This document shows, in pieces, positions 8,430 to 18,691 of a DNA stretch of 64,000 bases. Made by a program: the position numbers and the translations under genes. Source of the stretch: Myxococcales bacterium (lineage in GTDB: Bacteria; Myxococcota_A; Polyangia; Polyangiales; Polyangiaceae); NCBI GenBank assembly GCA_043747615.1, contig JAYTOU010000086.1:8191-72190 (forward strand). Reading direction: 5' to 3'. The notes beneath the pieces are model-generated. The model was not told the origin of the DNA, did no database searches, and was given only the letters and a program-made list of their open reading frames with translations. The first letter of the stretch is position 1; each line of letters starts with the position of its first letter.

Positions 8430-10433
8430 ATGACGAAAAACGAGTCCGAGCCCCACGTCACGAGCGCGTCCCGTCAGATCGACGCGATCGAGCGGCCAGC
8501 AAGTCACGCGGAGCGTCGGCTTCGCGCGGCCCGGGCCCTCGCGTGGGGAACGACGGCGCTCGCGGTGGGCCTCGCGCTCGCGGCGGTGGTCCTGGCTCTC
8601 CGAAAAACGGACGTGCTCGGCGAACGTGCGGCCCGCGTGCTCCTCCTCCTTGCGCTGCTCGAGGTCGTGTCGCTCGCGGTCGTTGCCTACGTTCGCCCAC
8701 TCCCCATGCGCGCGGGGGCGGTTGCACTCGATCGTTTTCACGCCCTCGCCGATCGGCTCTCGAGCGCGCTGTCGTTCGCGGCGCTGACCGACCGCACGCC
8801 CTTCATGGACGCGGCGATCGACGACGCGCTCGGGATGGCCGGTAAGGTCGATCCGAAAAAAGCGGTGCCGATCCCCGTGCCGCGGGATTTGCCGCTCGCA
8901 GCCGGCCTCGCTCTCGCCGTTCTCGCCCTCCTTCTCTTCGAGGTGCGCCGTCACGATCCGGTGATCTCTGCCCGGCAGATCGACGCGGTCGACGTCACCC
9001 CGGACGATCTCGACGCGATGCGCGAATTCTTGCGCGAGATGGAGCGGAAAGCAGAAACGGACGAGGCGAAGCAGGCCACCCAAGAGTTCAATCAATTGAT
9101 CGAAGATTTGGCTGCCAAACGCCTGGATCGCACCGAGGCCTTCCGCAAGATGCAGGCCCTCGAAGAGAAGCTGCTCGAAGGGCGCGAGGCCGATCACAAG
9201 GCGCTCGAAGATGCGCTCGCCAAGATGGGCGAAGAGATGAAGAAGAGCGAGCTGTCGAAGCCCGCCGGTGAGGCGCTGGAGACCAAGAACCTCGCGCTCG
9301 CAGAAAAAGCGCTTCACGATCTTGCGAAGAAGCTCCGCGAGCAGGGAAAAAATATCGACAAAGCGCAGCTCGAAAAGATGCGCGACGCGCTGAAGAAGGC
9401 CTCCCAGGATCAGGCGGCGAAGCAGCAGGCGATCGCCGAGCGCCGCGAAGAGCTCCAGAAGCAGCTCCTTCAGCAGAAACAGAAGCAGGGGGACGCCGGA
9501 GCGAGCGACGAAGAGAAGAGCCTGCTCCAGAAAAAAGAGCGCGAGCTCGAGCGTCTCGACCGCGAGCAGAAGGAGCAAGAGGCCGCCGGACGCCAGCTCG
9601 ATCGTCTCGACCGTGAGCTCGCGCAAGCCGCCGAAGATTTGATGAAGGACCTCGGCCTATCGGCAAACGATCTCGACAAGGGCGCCGAGGACATCAACCG
9701 GATGGCCAAGGAGGAAATGAGCCAAGAGGAGAAGCAGGAGCTTCGTCAAAAGCTCCAAGAGCTCCGCGAGATGCTCCGCCAGCAGGGCCAGGGCGGTCAG
9801 CAGCAGATGGTGAGGCTCCGCCGCTTCCAGCAGCGCGCACGCGGCGGCAAGGGCGGCCAAGGCGGCCAATCGCAGGGGCAAGGCGAGCAACAAGGCCAGG
9901 GCCAAGAGGGCCAGGACGGTCAGCAAGGGCAAAACGGCCAAGGCCAGGGTCAACAAGGCCAAGGCCAACAAGGTCAGGGTCAGGGACAAGGCCAAGGCCA
10001 AGGTCAGGGACAAGGCCAAGGCGGCCAGACCTGGGTCCTCGGACCGAACGGCGAAAAAATTCTCATGCTCTCGCAGGGCCAAGGCCAAGGTCAGGGGCAA
10101 GGGCAGAACGGCGGTCAGGGGCAGGGCGGTAGTCCCAATCCGCACGGCTGGGGCACGGGGCACGACGGCCAGGTACAGGGCGGCGCCACCAACCCCAAAG
10201 TCGGCACCCAAGACACGCAGGTCGCCGGCCAGGACACCGGGCAAGGCGCGAGCCGGAGCGAAGTCATCCAGGGCGCGGCCGAGCGGGGATTCGCCTCGCG
10301 CGGCTACACCAAAGTCTACCGCGAGTACCATACCGTCGCCGAAGAGGCGCTCAACAAGGACGAGATCCCGGGCGGCTATCGTTTCTACGTCCGGCGGTAT
10401 TTCCAGCTGATTCGCCCGCGCGACAATCCGTAA
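8430..10433 (+). CDS. Membrane-anchored coiled-coil protein with Gln/Gly-rich region (MoxR-operon associated)
   Basis: Three N-terminal hydrophobic helices, LDR...DRLSSAL motif, long E/K/Q coiled coil, QG repeats, C-terminal EIPGGYRFYVRRYFQLI. GGAG RBS-like element before ATG. Confidence 0.85.
   Translation: MTKNESEPHVTSASRQIDAIERPASHAERRLRAARALAWGTTALAVGLALAAVVLALRKTDVLGERAARVLLLLALLEVVSLAVVAYVRPLPMRAGAVALDRFHALADRLSSALSFAALTDRTPFMDAAIDDALGMAGKVDPKKAVPIPVPRDLPLAAGLALAVLALLLFEVRRHDPVISARQIDAVDVTPDDLDAMREFLREMERKAETDEAKQATQEFNQLIEDLAAKRLDRTEAFRKMQALEEKLLEGREADHKALEDALAKMGEEMKKSELSKPAGEALETKNLALAEKALHDLAKKLREQGKNIDKAQLEKMRDALKKASQDQAAKQQAIAERREELQKQLLQQKQKQGDAGASDEEKSLLQKKERELERLDREQKEQEAAGRQLDRLDRELAQAAEDLMKDLGLSANDLDKGAEDINRMAKEEMSQEEKQELRQKLQELREMLRQQGQGGQQQMVRLRRFQQRARGGKGGQGGQSQGQGEQQGQGQEGQDGQQGQNGQGQGQQGQGQQGQGQGQGQGQGQGQGQGGQTWVLGPNGEKILMLSQGQGQGQGQGQNGGQGQGGSPNPHGWGTGHDGQVQGGATNPKVGTQDTQVAGQDTGQGASRSEVIQGAAERGFASRGYTKVYREYHTVAEEALNKDEIPGGYRFYVRRYFQLIRPRDNP
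9781..10130 (+). repeat. Coding low-complexity hexamer repeat (CAAGGC/CAGGGC/CAAGGT) encoding (QG)n
   Basis: Directly visible runs such as caaggccaaggccaaggtcagggacaaggccaag; two QG blocks separated by TWVLGPNGEKILMLS. Confidence 0.9.
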
Positions 10434-10455
10434 CGAAAATAAAGGACCGTCATCC

Positions 10456-11523
10456 ATGAGTGAGATCCAGAGCGACGCGAACGACGTGCGGGCGCAGGTG
10501 GAGAGTTTCAGAAAAACGATCGGCGAGCTTCGTGAAGAAATCGCGAAGACCATCGTCGGCAACCTCGACGTCGTCGACGGAGTCCTCACGTGCATGCTGG
10601 CCGGCGGTCACGCGCTCCTCGAAGGCGTCCCTGGCCTCGGCAAGACGATGCTCGTGAAGTCCATGTCGGAGGCAATGAACCTCGAGTTTTCGCGTGTCCA
10701 GTTCACGCCCGACCTGATGCCAGCGGACATTCTCGGCACCACCGTCATCAACGAAACGGTTGCGGGCGCAAAGGCATTCGAGTTTCGAAAAGGGCCTATT
10801 TTTGCGAACATCGTGCTCGCCGACGAGATCAACCGGGCCACGCCGAAGACGCAGTCGGCGCTCCTCGAGGCGATGCAAGAGCATCGCGTCACCGTCGGAA
10901 AAAAGACGTACACGCTCGACGAGCCCTTCGTGGTTCTCGCCACCCAGAACCCGCTCGAGATGGAAGGGACGTACCCGCTTCCGGAAGCGCAGCTCGATCG
11001 CTTTCTCTTCAAGCTCCACGTTCTTTTTCCGAACCGCGAGGAGCTCCACAAGATCCTGGATCTGACGACAGGCACGCGCCCCGAGCGAGGCCGAGCCGTG
11101 GTCAGCCGCGAAGAAATTCTCACGATGCAGGAGCTGGTGCGAAAGGTTCCGGTTGCCCGCCACGTGCAGGACTACGCGATCCGTGTCGTGCAGGCGACGC
11201 ACCAAGACGGCCCCGACGCGCCAGACCTCGCGAGGCGATTCGTCCGTTTCGGTGCGTCTCCGCGCGGCGCGCAAGCCGTGCTCCTGGCCTCGAAAATCCG
11301 TGCGCTCTTCGAGGGGCGTTTTGCAGCGAGCGTCGACGACGTGCGCGCGGTCGCTCTGCCCGCCCTCCGTCACCGCGTGCTCCTCAACTTCGAAGGTGAA
11401 GCCGAAGGCATCAAGACCGATCAGGTGATCAGCGAGATCCTCAAGCTCGTGCCGGAGACGAAGACGATGAAGGGCTCGAGCGACGAAGGCGCAAGGAAGG
11501 GTTCCCAACTTGGGGCTGCTTGA
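10456..11523 (+). CDS. moxR: MoxR-family AAA+ ATPase
   Basis: GHALLEGVPGLGKT, RVQFTPDLMPADI, LADEINRATPKTQSALLEAMQE, ATQNPLEMEGTYPLPEAQLDRF, GASPRG. Confidence 0.95.
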   Translation: MSEIQSDANDVRAQVESFRKTIGELREEIAKTIVGNLDVVDGVLTCMLAGGHALLEGVPGLGKTMLVKSMSEAMNLEFSRVQFTPDLMPADILGTTVINETVAGAKAFEFRKGPIFANIVLADEINRATPKTQSALLEAMQEHRVTVGKKTYTLDEPFVVLATQNPLEMEGTYPLPEAQLDRFLFKLHVLFPNREELHKILDLTTGTRPERGRAVVSREEILTMQELVRKVPVARHVQDYAIRVVQATHQDGPDAPDLARRFVRFGASPRGAQAVLLASKIRALFEGRFAASVDDVRAVALPALRHRVLLNFEGEAEGIKTDQVISEILKLVPETKTMKGSSDEGARKGSQLGAA

Positions 11524-12448
11524 TCTCCTTCGTCGCGGCCCCGCTTCCGTCCGGAGCGGGTCGAAGGCCGACGACGATCTCTTTGACGACGATTTTCAGC
11601 GAAAGCTCGACTACCTCGCCATCGTGAGCCGTCGCGTCTTCGCGGGGCGCATGCGCGCCGAGCGTCGAACGAAGAAGAGCGGCAGCGGGGTGGAGTTCGC
11701 CGATCACCGCGAATACCAGCCCGGCGACGATTTCCGTTACCTCGATTGGAACGTCTACCAGCGCTTCGATAAACTGCTCCTCCGCCTCTACGAAGAGGAA
11801 GAAGATCTTGCGATCTACTTCATCATCGATGCGTCCGGCTCGATGGCTTTCGGAGACGGCAAGAAGCTGCGTTACGCCAAGCGCATCTGCGCCGCTCTTG
11901 CGTACGTGGGGCTCGCCAACCTCGATCGCGTGTGCATCGTCTCGACCAGCGACAAAGTAATGGAGCGCATGCCCGAGACGCGAGGCAAGGCGCGCATCTT
12001 CAAGGTGTTCCGATTCTTGAAGGAGCTCGAGCCCGCCGGCGCGACGAACCTCGAGGACGCCCTCAAGACGTTCGTGGCTCAACACAAGCGCCGCGGGCTC
12101 GCAGTTCTCATCAGCGATCTTTACGATCCCGCCGGTTTCGAAAAAGGGATCAACGTGCTCCGCTACAATAAGTTCGATCCTTTCGTCGTCCACGTGGTGG
12201 ATCCCGGCGAGGAAAAGCCGAAGCTCTTCGGAGACGTACTCCTCTACGACTGCGAGACGGGAGACGAGCGCGAGGTCACGGTCACCGCCAAAGTGCTCGA
12301 TCGCTTCAAGGAGATTCATCGCGAATATACGCAGGAGATCGAGCGCTTTTGTTCGACGCGGCAGGTGCCGTATACCCGCGCGGACGTGAACGTTCCGTTC
12401 GACGAGCTCATTCTCCGTGTCTTCCGGCGCGGCGGATTCCTGAGATAA
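11510..12448 (+). CDS. DUF58 / VWA-like protein
   Basis: GSGVEFADHREYQPGDDFRYLDWN; MIDAS-like DASGS; overlaps the moxR end. Confidence 0.92.
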   Translation: MGLLDLLRRGPASVRSGSKADDDLFDDDFQRKLDYLAIVSRRVFAGRMRAERRTKKSGSGVEFADHREYQPGDDFRYLDWNVYQRFDKLLLRLYEEEEDLAIYFIIDASGSMAFGDGKKLRYAKRICAALAYVGLANLDRVCIVSTSDKVMERMPETRGKARIFKVFRFLKELEPAGATNLEDALKTFVAQHKRRGLAVLISDLYDPAGFEKGINVLRYNKFDPFVVHVVDPGEEKPKLFGDVLLYDCETGDEREVTVTAKVLDRFKEIHREYTQEIERFCSTRQVPYTRADVNVPFDELILRVFRRGGFLR

Positions 12449-12454
12449 GTCTAA

Positions 12455-14383
12455 GTGATTCTCGCTGGCCTTCCGTTTGCGACGCTCGCAGCGATCTTCG
12501 GGATCGCCGGCGCGCTCGTCGTCGGGCTCTACATCCTGAAGTTGAGGCGGCGAACGATCGCCATTCCGTTCTCCCCGCTGTGGCAGCGCATCTTGAAGGA
12601 CAAAGAGGCGACGAGCCTCTTCTCCAAGTTGAAGCGGCTGCTCTCGCTGCTCCTGCAGCTCCTTCTTCTCCTCCTCTTGGTCCTCGCGCTCGGGGATCCG
12701 CGCGCCGCGGCGACGCTCATCAAAGGGCGAAGCCTTGTCGTCCTCGTGGACGCCAGCGCGTCGATGCAGGCCACGGACGTTGCGCCGAACCGCCTGGGGG
12801 TCGCCAAAGACGAAGTGAAGACGCTGATCCGCGGCCTGGGAGGCGCCGACCGCATGCTCATCGCGCAGATGGACGCCATGGTCACGCCGCTTGGTCCGAT
12901 GAGCGGAGACACCTCGGAGCTCGAACGCACGCTCGATCAGGTGAAGCCCACGGATACACGAGCTGATTTTCCGCGCGCTCTGCGCTTCGCGTCCGATTCG
13001 CTGCGCGGGATCGACAACGCCGAGATCGTGGTCGTGTCGGATGGAAATCTGGGGCCGCCGTCGGACGCCCAGGGCCCGGTGCGACTCGGTGACACGAAGA
13101 TCGCGTACGTCTCGGTGGGCAAAGGAAAACGCAACGTCGCGGTGACGCAGTTCTCGGTGCGCCGCTACCCGCTCGACAAGAGCCGCTACGAGGTAATGCT
13201 CGAGGTGACGAACACCGGCCCCGAGCAAGAGGACATCGAGCTCACGCTCCTCGGAGACGGACAGCTCGTCGATCTCAGCAAGCTGCGTTTGAAGCCGGGA
13301 GAGCGGCTTCCCCGCTTTTACCCGAACCTCTCGGGCGCGAGCCGCACTCTCGAAGCGAAGATCGCCCCGCTCGACGGCTCGCACGACGATCTGCCAGTGG
13401 ACGATCACGCGTACGCGCTTCTCCCGGAGCGGCGGCGCGCGAAGGTGCTCGTCGTGTCGGATGGAAACACGTACCTCGAAGCCGCGCTGCTCCTCGACGA
13501 GTACCTCGAGGTGACCCAGGTCGCGCCCGCCGATTACCTGAAAAAGGTGGGAGGTGCGCCGTACGATGTCGTCGTCTTCGACCGCGTCACGCCGGCTCAA
13601 CCCCCGCGCGCCAATGCACTCTACATTGATCCGCGTGGCCCGGGTTCGCCGGTGAAAGTGGAAGGGGAGCTCGCGCAGCCCGGCTTCGACAAGCTCGATC
13701 GCAAGCACCCCGTCGTACGTTTCACGGCGCTCGACGACGTGAACATCGCGCGTGGCCACAAGCTGGTTCCCGAGCCGGGGGACAAAGTGGTGGGTGCTTC
13801 CGGGGGCGCGCCTATCCTCATCGCCGGAAGCCGTGGCGGCTTCAAGTTCGTGGCCTTGGGCTTCGACGTGCGCGACAGCGATCTTCCGCTCCGCGTGGCG
13901 TGGCCGCTCTTTCTGCTCAACAGCGTCAACTGGTTCACCGACGAAGACGCAAGCTACCTGTCGAGCTTTCGCACGGGCGACGTCTGGCGCGTACCGGTGA
14001 CCACCGACGGCACGCAGGCCTCGCTCAAGGTGCCCGGAGGAACGACCGAGCGCGTCCCGGTGCACGAAGGACGCGCCGTGTATCTGGGGGAGCGCGCAGG
14101 ATTCTACGAGCTCACGGCCACGCCGAAGGCGACCACCGCGGAGGCGCACGCCCCGAAAAAAGACGATTCCACAGCGACCACCGCTTTCGCGGCGAATTTG
14201 CTCGACGCCGAAGAGAGCACGATTTCTCCCGCTCCGGAGCTCACCGTGGATGGCAAGCGCGCCGGGGCGGTCGAGGGCTTCCACGTCGGCGTGCGTCGCG
14301 AGATCTGGATCTACCTGCTCATCGCCATCGTCCTCATCAGCGCGCTCGAGTGGGCCACCTATCACCGGAGGCTCACGGTATGA
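12455..14383 (+). CDS. BatA-domain / VWA membrane protein
   Basis: N-terminal double TM BatA-like region (LYILKLRRR...FSPLW...LALGDP), MIDAS DASAS, VVSDG, Ig-like region, C-terminal TM ending LEW. Confidence 0.88.
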   Translation: MILAGLPFATLAAIFGIAGALVVGLYILKLRRRTIAIPFSPLWQRILKDKEATSLFSKLKRLLSLLLQLLLLLLLVLALGDPRAAATLIKGRSLVVLVDASASMQATDVAPNRLGVAKDEVKTLIRGLGGADRMLIAQMDAMVTPLGPMSGDTSELERTLDQVKPTDTRADFPRALRFASDSLRGIDNAEIVVVSDGNLGPPSDAQGPVRLGDTKIAYVSVGKGKRNVAVTQFSVRRYPLDKSRYEVMLEVTNTGPEQEDIELTLLGDGQLVDLSKLRLKPGERLPRFYPNLSGASRTLEAKIAPLDGSHDDLPVDDHAYALLPERRRAKVLVVSDGNTYLEAALLLDEYLEVTQVAPADYLKKVGGAPYDVVVFDRVTPAQPPRANALYIDPRGPGSPVKVEGELAQPGFDKLDRKHPVVRFTALDDVNIARGHKLVPEPGDKVVGASGGAPILIAGSRGGFKFVALGFDVRDSDLPLRVAWPLFLLNSVNWFTDEDASYLSSFRTGDVWRVPVTTDGTQASLKVPGGTTERVPVHEGRAVYLGERAGFYELTATPKATTAEAHAPKKDDSTATTAFAANLLDAEESTISPAPELTVDGKRAGAVEGFHVGVRREIWIYLLIAIVLISALEWATYHRRLTV

Positions 14384-17208
14384 CGGGCGAGCTGCTACGG
14401 CCTGGGCGGCCCCTGTTGAAGCGGATTGCGTTCGGCGCGCTCGTCCTCCTCGTTGGCGGGGTCGGGCTCTACCTCTATCTCCATTACGTCTGGTACGCGG
14501 GGCCTACGCTGGCCTGGAAGCGCGGAGGCCAGACGTACGAGCTCCTCGCGCCGCGCATGCTCGGGATCGCTCTCCTTGCGCCCTATTTTTTGTGGATGAT
14601 CGGGAGATCACTGGCCGACCTGCCGCTCTTCCAGCGCATCCTGTCGGTGCTCCTGCGGATGGCGTTCGTGGCCGTGCTCGCGCTCGGTCTCGCCCGCTTG
14701 GCGCGGACGGCGACCACCCAGAAAGTGTGCACTGTCTACCTGGTCGACGTCTCGGAGTCGGTGCCCGACGCCGCCCTCGAGGACGCGAAGGCGGAAATTC
14801 AGAAGGGGCTCGACGCCCGCCCCGAAGACGCGCTGATCAAGGTGATCACCTTTGCGCGTCGCCCCCGAGCGATCGTGATTTCCGACGACGCGAAGACGGC
14901 GCCCGCTCTGGAGAGGCATGAAATCCTTGATCCCAAGGGCGCTTCGGCGGGCAAAGCCAAGGTGGGGCAAGGCGCGGCGACCGACATCGCGAGCGCTCTT
15001 CAGCTCGCCTACGGATTGTATCCCTCGGGCTACTTGCGGCGCGCCGTGATCCTCTCGGACGGCGTGCAAACGGACGGGGACGTGCTCGCGGAGGCGAACC
15101 GGGCACGCGAGTTCGGAGTGAAGGTCTTCAGCGTTCCGTACCACCGGCCCGTCCCCGGCGAAGTCGCGGTGCGCGAGCTCCGTGCCCCCGACAAGATTCG
15201 CGTCGGTGAGCCGTTCCTGCTCCATGCCGATATTTTTTCCAGCCGGCCGCAGACGGTGAAGGCCGTCCTGAAGCAAGGCGAGGCGATCAACGGGCTCGAC
15301 GGCGTGCGCAGTATCGACCTCAAGGCCGGCGACAACGACGTCACCTTCAAGAGCGTCGTGCGGGTCGCGGGGGAGGTCACATACGCCCTCGATCTGTCGG
15401 ATATTCCCGAGGATCGCTTCAAGGAGAACAACCGCTACGCCGTGACCGCCGCGGTCCCCGGGAGGCCGTCGGTTCTCTACGTCGAGGGGAACACCGGCCG
15501 AGCGACCTACCTCGCGAGCGCGCTCTCCGCTCAGGAATTCGACGTCGACGTGCGCGGTCCCCGTGAGCTTCCTTCGAGCTTGCGCGAGCTCGAACGCTAC
15601 GACTTCGTGATCCTCTCCGATGCTCCCGCCGACGCGGTATCGCTCACCCAGCAAGACGCGATCGAGGGTTACGTTCGCGATCTGGGCGGCGGATTTCTCT
15701 TTGCGGGGGGAGAGAGTGGCTACGGTCTCGGCGGTTGGTACCACACCACGGTCGAGCGCATTTTGCCGGTCCGCATGGACTCCGAGAAACGGCGCGATGA
15801 GCCGGGCGTAGCCATGGTCCTCGTGATCGATCGCTCCGGATCGATGAGCGGGCTACCTCTCGAGATGGCCAAGGCCGCCGCGAAAGCCACCGCCGACACC
15901 CTTGCAAGCGAGGATCTCCTGGAGGTCATCGCCTTCGATTCCCAACCGACGCGCATCGTGAAGATGACCGCCGCCAAGCACCGGGCCCGCATCCAGACGG
16001 ACATCGCGCGCATCCAGCCGGGAGGTGGAACCGAAATTTTCAGCGCTCTCGACGCCGCGTATCAGACGCTGACGGTGACCCGCGCCCGCAAGAAGCACGT
16101 CATCTTGCTGACGGACGGCCAGGCGCCGCAGAACGGCATTCGCGATCTCGTGCAGGCCATGACCGCCGAGGGAATGACCGTGTCTTCGGTCGGGCTCGGG
16201 GGCGGCGTCGACCAGAGCCTCCTGCGGATGATCTCGGATCTCGGCGGCGGCCGCTTCTACAACGTGCTCGATCCCGCGTCGCTGCCTCGCGTTTTTACGC
16301 GCGAAACCGAGTTGGTCTCGCGCTCGGCCGCAGTCGAAGAATATTTTCAGCCGAAGGTTGTCTCGCCCGCCGACTTCTTGCGCGGAATCGACGTGAACGC
16401 GGCTCCCTTCCTGCACGGTTACGTGGCAACGAAAATGAAACCGCCACCGGCGCAGGAGATCCTGGAGTCGGAGCTGGGGGAGCCCATCCTCGCGCGCTGG
16501 CATGTCGGGCTCGGTTGGTCGCTGGCGTGGACGAGCGACGTGAAGAATTTGTGGGCCGTCGAGTGGGTTCGGTGGCCCGGCTACGGGCAGTTCTGGGGGC
16601 AGCTCGTGCGCGAGCACATGCGCCAGAAAAAGCGTCAGGCGCTCGACATGCGCGCGGAGATCGATCCCGCCACCGGCCACGTGAAAGCCTCGATCGATGC
16701 CGTCGGCGGTGACGACAAATTCCAGAACGGCCTAGACGCACGGTTCGAGATCTCTGGGCCCCAACCCGGTGGAGAGACGAAGCGCATGCCGATGCGGCAG
16801 ACCGCGCCCGGTCGTTACGAGGCTGATTTTCCTCTCGATCGTTACGGTTCTTTCCTGCTCCATGCAGCGCTCGAAAAATCGCCAGATGACGGGAAGGGCG
16901 GTAAGCCCGTCGCCGTTGCCGAGAGCTTTGGTCACGTGACGAACCCGTACCCGCGGGAGTACTTGGCACTCGCGCCGGACACGGGAACGCTCGCCCGCGC
17001 CGCGGAGGTCACCGGGGGCAGCCTCAATCCGGCGGCGAAGGCGGTCTTCGATCCGGCAGGAGAGACCATCAGCTACCACCAGGATCTCTGGTCCCGCTTC
17101 ATCGGCGCCGCGATCGTCATCTTCCTCATCGACCTCTTCCTTCGCCGGATCCGCCTCTTCGATCGCAAGAAAACCGTCCGCGCAAGTTTCGCCAAGTCCG
17201 CCACTTGA
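14380..17208 (+). CDS. Large membrane protein with two VWA domains and a class-I glutamine amidotransferase-like domain
   Basis: N-terminal TMs; MIDAS DVSES and DRSGSM; LSDG/LTDG; YDFVILSD...LGGGFLFAGGE..YGLGGW; PILARWHVGLG...WTSD; C-terminal TM. ATGA overlap with the upstream gene. Confidence 0.88.
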   Translation: MTGELLRPGRPLLKRIAFGALVLLVGGVGLYLYLHYVWYAGPTLAWKRGGQTYELLAPRMLGIALLAPYFLWMIGRSLADLPLFQRILSVLLRMAFVAVLALGLARLARTATTQKVCTVYLVDVSESVPDAALEDAKAEIQKGLDARPEDALIKVITFARRPRAIVISDDAKTAPALERHEILDPKGASAGKAKVGQGAATDIASALQLAYGLYPSGYLRRAVILSDGVQTDGDVLAEANRAREFGVKVFSVPYHRPVPGEVAVRELRAPDKIRVGEPFLLHADIFSSRPQTVKAVLKQGEAINGLDGVRSIDLKAGDNDVTFKSVVRVAGEVTYALDLSDIPEDRFKENNRYAVTAAVPGRPSVLYVEGNTGRATYLASALSAQEFDVDVRGPRELPSSLRELERYDFVILSDAPADAVSLTQQDAIEGYVRDLGGGFLFAGGESGYGLGGWYHTTVERILPVRMDSEKRRDEPGVAMVLVIDRSGSMSGLPLEMAKAAAKATADTLASEDLLEVIAFDSQPTRIVKMTAAKHRARIQTDIARIQPGGGTEIFSALDAAYQTLTVTRARKKHVILLTDGQAPQNGIRDLVQAMTAEGMTVSSVGLGGGVDQSLLRMISDLGGGRFYNVLDPASLPRVFTRETELVSRSAAVEEYFQPKVVSPADFLRGIDVNAAPFLHGYVATKMKPPPAQEILESELGEPILARWHVGLGWSLAWTSDVKNLWAVEWVRWPGYGQFWGQLVREHMRQKKRQALDMRAEIDPATGHVKASIDAVGGDDKFQNGLDARFEISGPQPGGETKRMPMRQTAPGRYEADFPLDRYGSFLLHAALEKSPDDGKGGKPVAVAESFGHVTNPYPREYLALAPDTGTLARAAEVTGGSLNPAAKAVFDPAGETISYHQDLWSRFIGAAIVIFLIDLFLRRIRLFDRKKTVRASFAKSAT

Positions 17209-17299
17209 CCAACTGCAATCCGTGGACGTGGCAACAACGCGCGAACAACCCACGGCGAGCCTGACGGCAACTCGATCTTGTGTGGTAGAGATTTGGGCA

Positions 17300-18691
17300 A
17301 TGGCCGACCAAGACCCCGCCCTCGCCGCGCCGATTGAATCGAAAGACGATCTGCTTTTCATTTTTCGCGACGCAGAAAAGCCCGTCGATCAATTTCGCAT
17401 TGGCGCCGAGATGGAAAAGCCCGGCGTGTTCACGGGCAGCGCGGCGCCGCTCCCTTACGAAGGGGAGAAGAGTGTCTTGCGCGTCCTCGAAGAGCTCGAG
17501 ACGAACCACGGATGGAAGGCCGATCGGGAAACCGTCGGTGGGCCGCTCATCGCGCTCCTTCGCAAGCAGGCTTCGGTGACCCTCGAGCCGGGCGGGCAGC
17601 TCGAGCTGAGTGGCGCGCCGATGTTCACCGTGCACGAAGTTTGCGCGGAATTTCGCGAGCACATGACGGAGCTCAAAGCGATCTCCGACAAGCTCGGACT
17701 TGTCTGGCTGGGGATCGGCTTTCATCCCTTCGCCGCTCGCGCTGATCTCCCGTGGGTCCCGAAGAGCCGCTACAAGATCATGCGCGAGTACCTCCCCACG
17801 CGCGGCGCTCACGCCGTCGACATGATGCTTCGCACGTCCACCGTGCAGGCCAACTATGACTACGCGAACGAAGCCGACGCGATGCAGAAGATGCGCGTCT
17901 CGCTCAAGCTCTCGCCGCTCACCACCTCGATTTTTGCGAACAGCCCGTGGGTGGAAGGCGCTCCTCACGGCGGCGTCAGCTACCGTGCAAAAGTGTGGCT
18001 CGACGTCGACCCGGATCGAAGCGGTCTCGTCGAGCCGCTGTGGCGAGCGGGCGCGGGCTACGCGGACTACGCGGAGTGGGCGCTCGACGTACCGATGTTC
18101 CTGGTGAAACGCGACGGAAAGATCCTCCCCAACACCGGGCAAACATTCCGCAGCTTCTGGAAAGACGGCTTCGAAGGAATGAAGCCGAATCAGGGCGATT
18201 GGCAGATGCACCTGAACACCCTCTTTCCCGAGGTGCGCTTGAAGCGGACCATCGAAGTCCGCGGCGCCGACGCACAGTGCGCGCGCTTGGCCTGTGCGCT
18301 CCCTGCGTTGTGGACGGGCATCTTCTACGATCAAGTCTCACTCGACGAAGCCGACGCAATGACCAAGGACTGGAAGTTCGCGGAAGTGAACGCCACCCGA
18401 AGCTCGCTCTGGCAGAGCGGATTGAAGACGAAATTCCGCGGCAAATCGTTCCGTGATCTGGCGGTCGAGCTGCTCGAGATCTCGGAGCGTGGTCTCGCGC
18501 GGCGCGCGCGTCTGAGCCCGAACGGGAAGGACGAGCGCGTCCACCTCGTGCCTCTGAAGGAACTCGTCCTCGCCGGCAAGACGCCGGCGGATTTCTTGCT
18601 CGAGCAGGTCGATCCGAAGAAAAATCTGCGCACGCAAATCCTTGAGCTGACCAACCTCGAGCGCCCGCTCAATCCTCCGCGGGCCGACTAG
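17300..18691 (+). CDS. gshA: Glutamate--cysteine ligase (GCS2/plant-type)
   Basis: RIGAEMEK, TLEPGGQLELSGAP, PKSRYKIM, TVQANYD, FANSP, HLNTLFPEVRLKRTIEVRGAD. Confidence 0.92.
   Translation: MADQDPALAAPIESKDDLLFIFRDAEKPVDQFRIGAEMEKPGVFTGSAAPLPYEGEKSVLRVLEELETNHGWKADRETVGGPLIALLRKQASVTLEPGGQLELSGAPMFTVHEVCAEFREHMTELKAISDKLGLVWLGIGFHPFAARADLPWVPKSRYKIMREYLPTRGAHAVDMMLRTSTVQANYDYANEADAMQKMRVSLKLSPLTTSIFANSPWVEGAPHGGVSYRAKVWLDVDPDRSGLVEPLWRAGAGYADYAEWALDVPMFLVKRDGKILPNTGQTFRSFWKDGFEGMKPNQGDWQMHLNTLFPEVRLKRTIEVRGADAQCARLACALPALWTGIFYDQVSLDEADAMTKDWKFAEVNATRSSLWQSGLKTKFRGKSFRDLAVELLEISERGLARRARLSPNGKDERVHLVPLKELVLAGKTPADFLLEQVDPKKNLRTQILELTNLERPLNPPRAD

Noticed and set aside
9781..10130. Repeat tract as a CRISPR array or non-coding VNTR
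   Set aside because: In-frame degenerate hexamers encoding QG, with no repeat-spacer structure and no cas genes.
11441..14365. 974-aa minus-strand ORF and other long antisense or alternate-frame ORFs (for example 8331-9626, 15853-16680, 55065-57083)
   Set aside because: Shadow ORFs of well-supported genes, expected from high-GC codon bias; no recognisable motifs.
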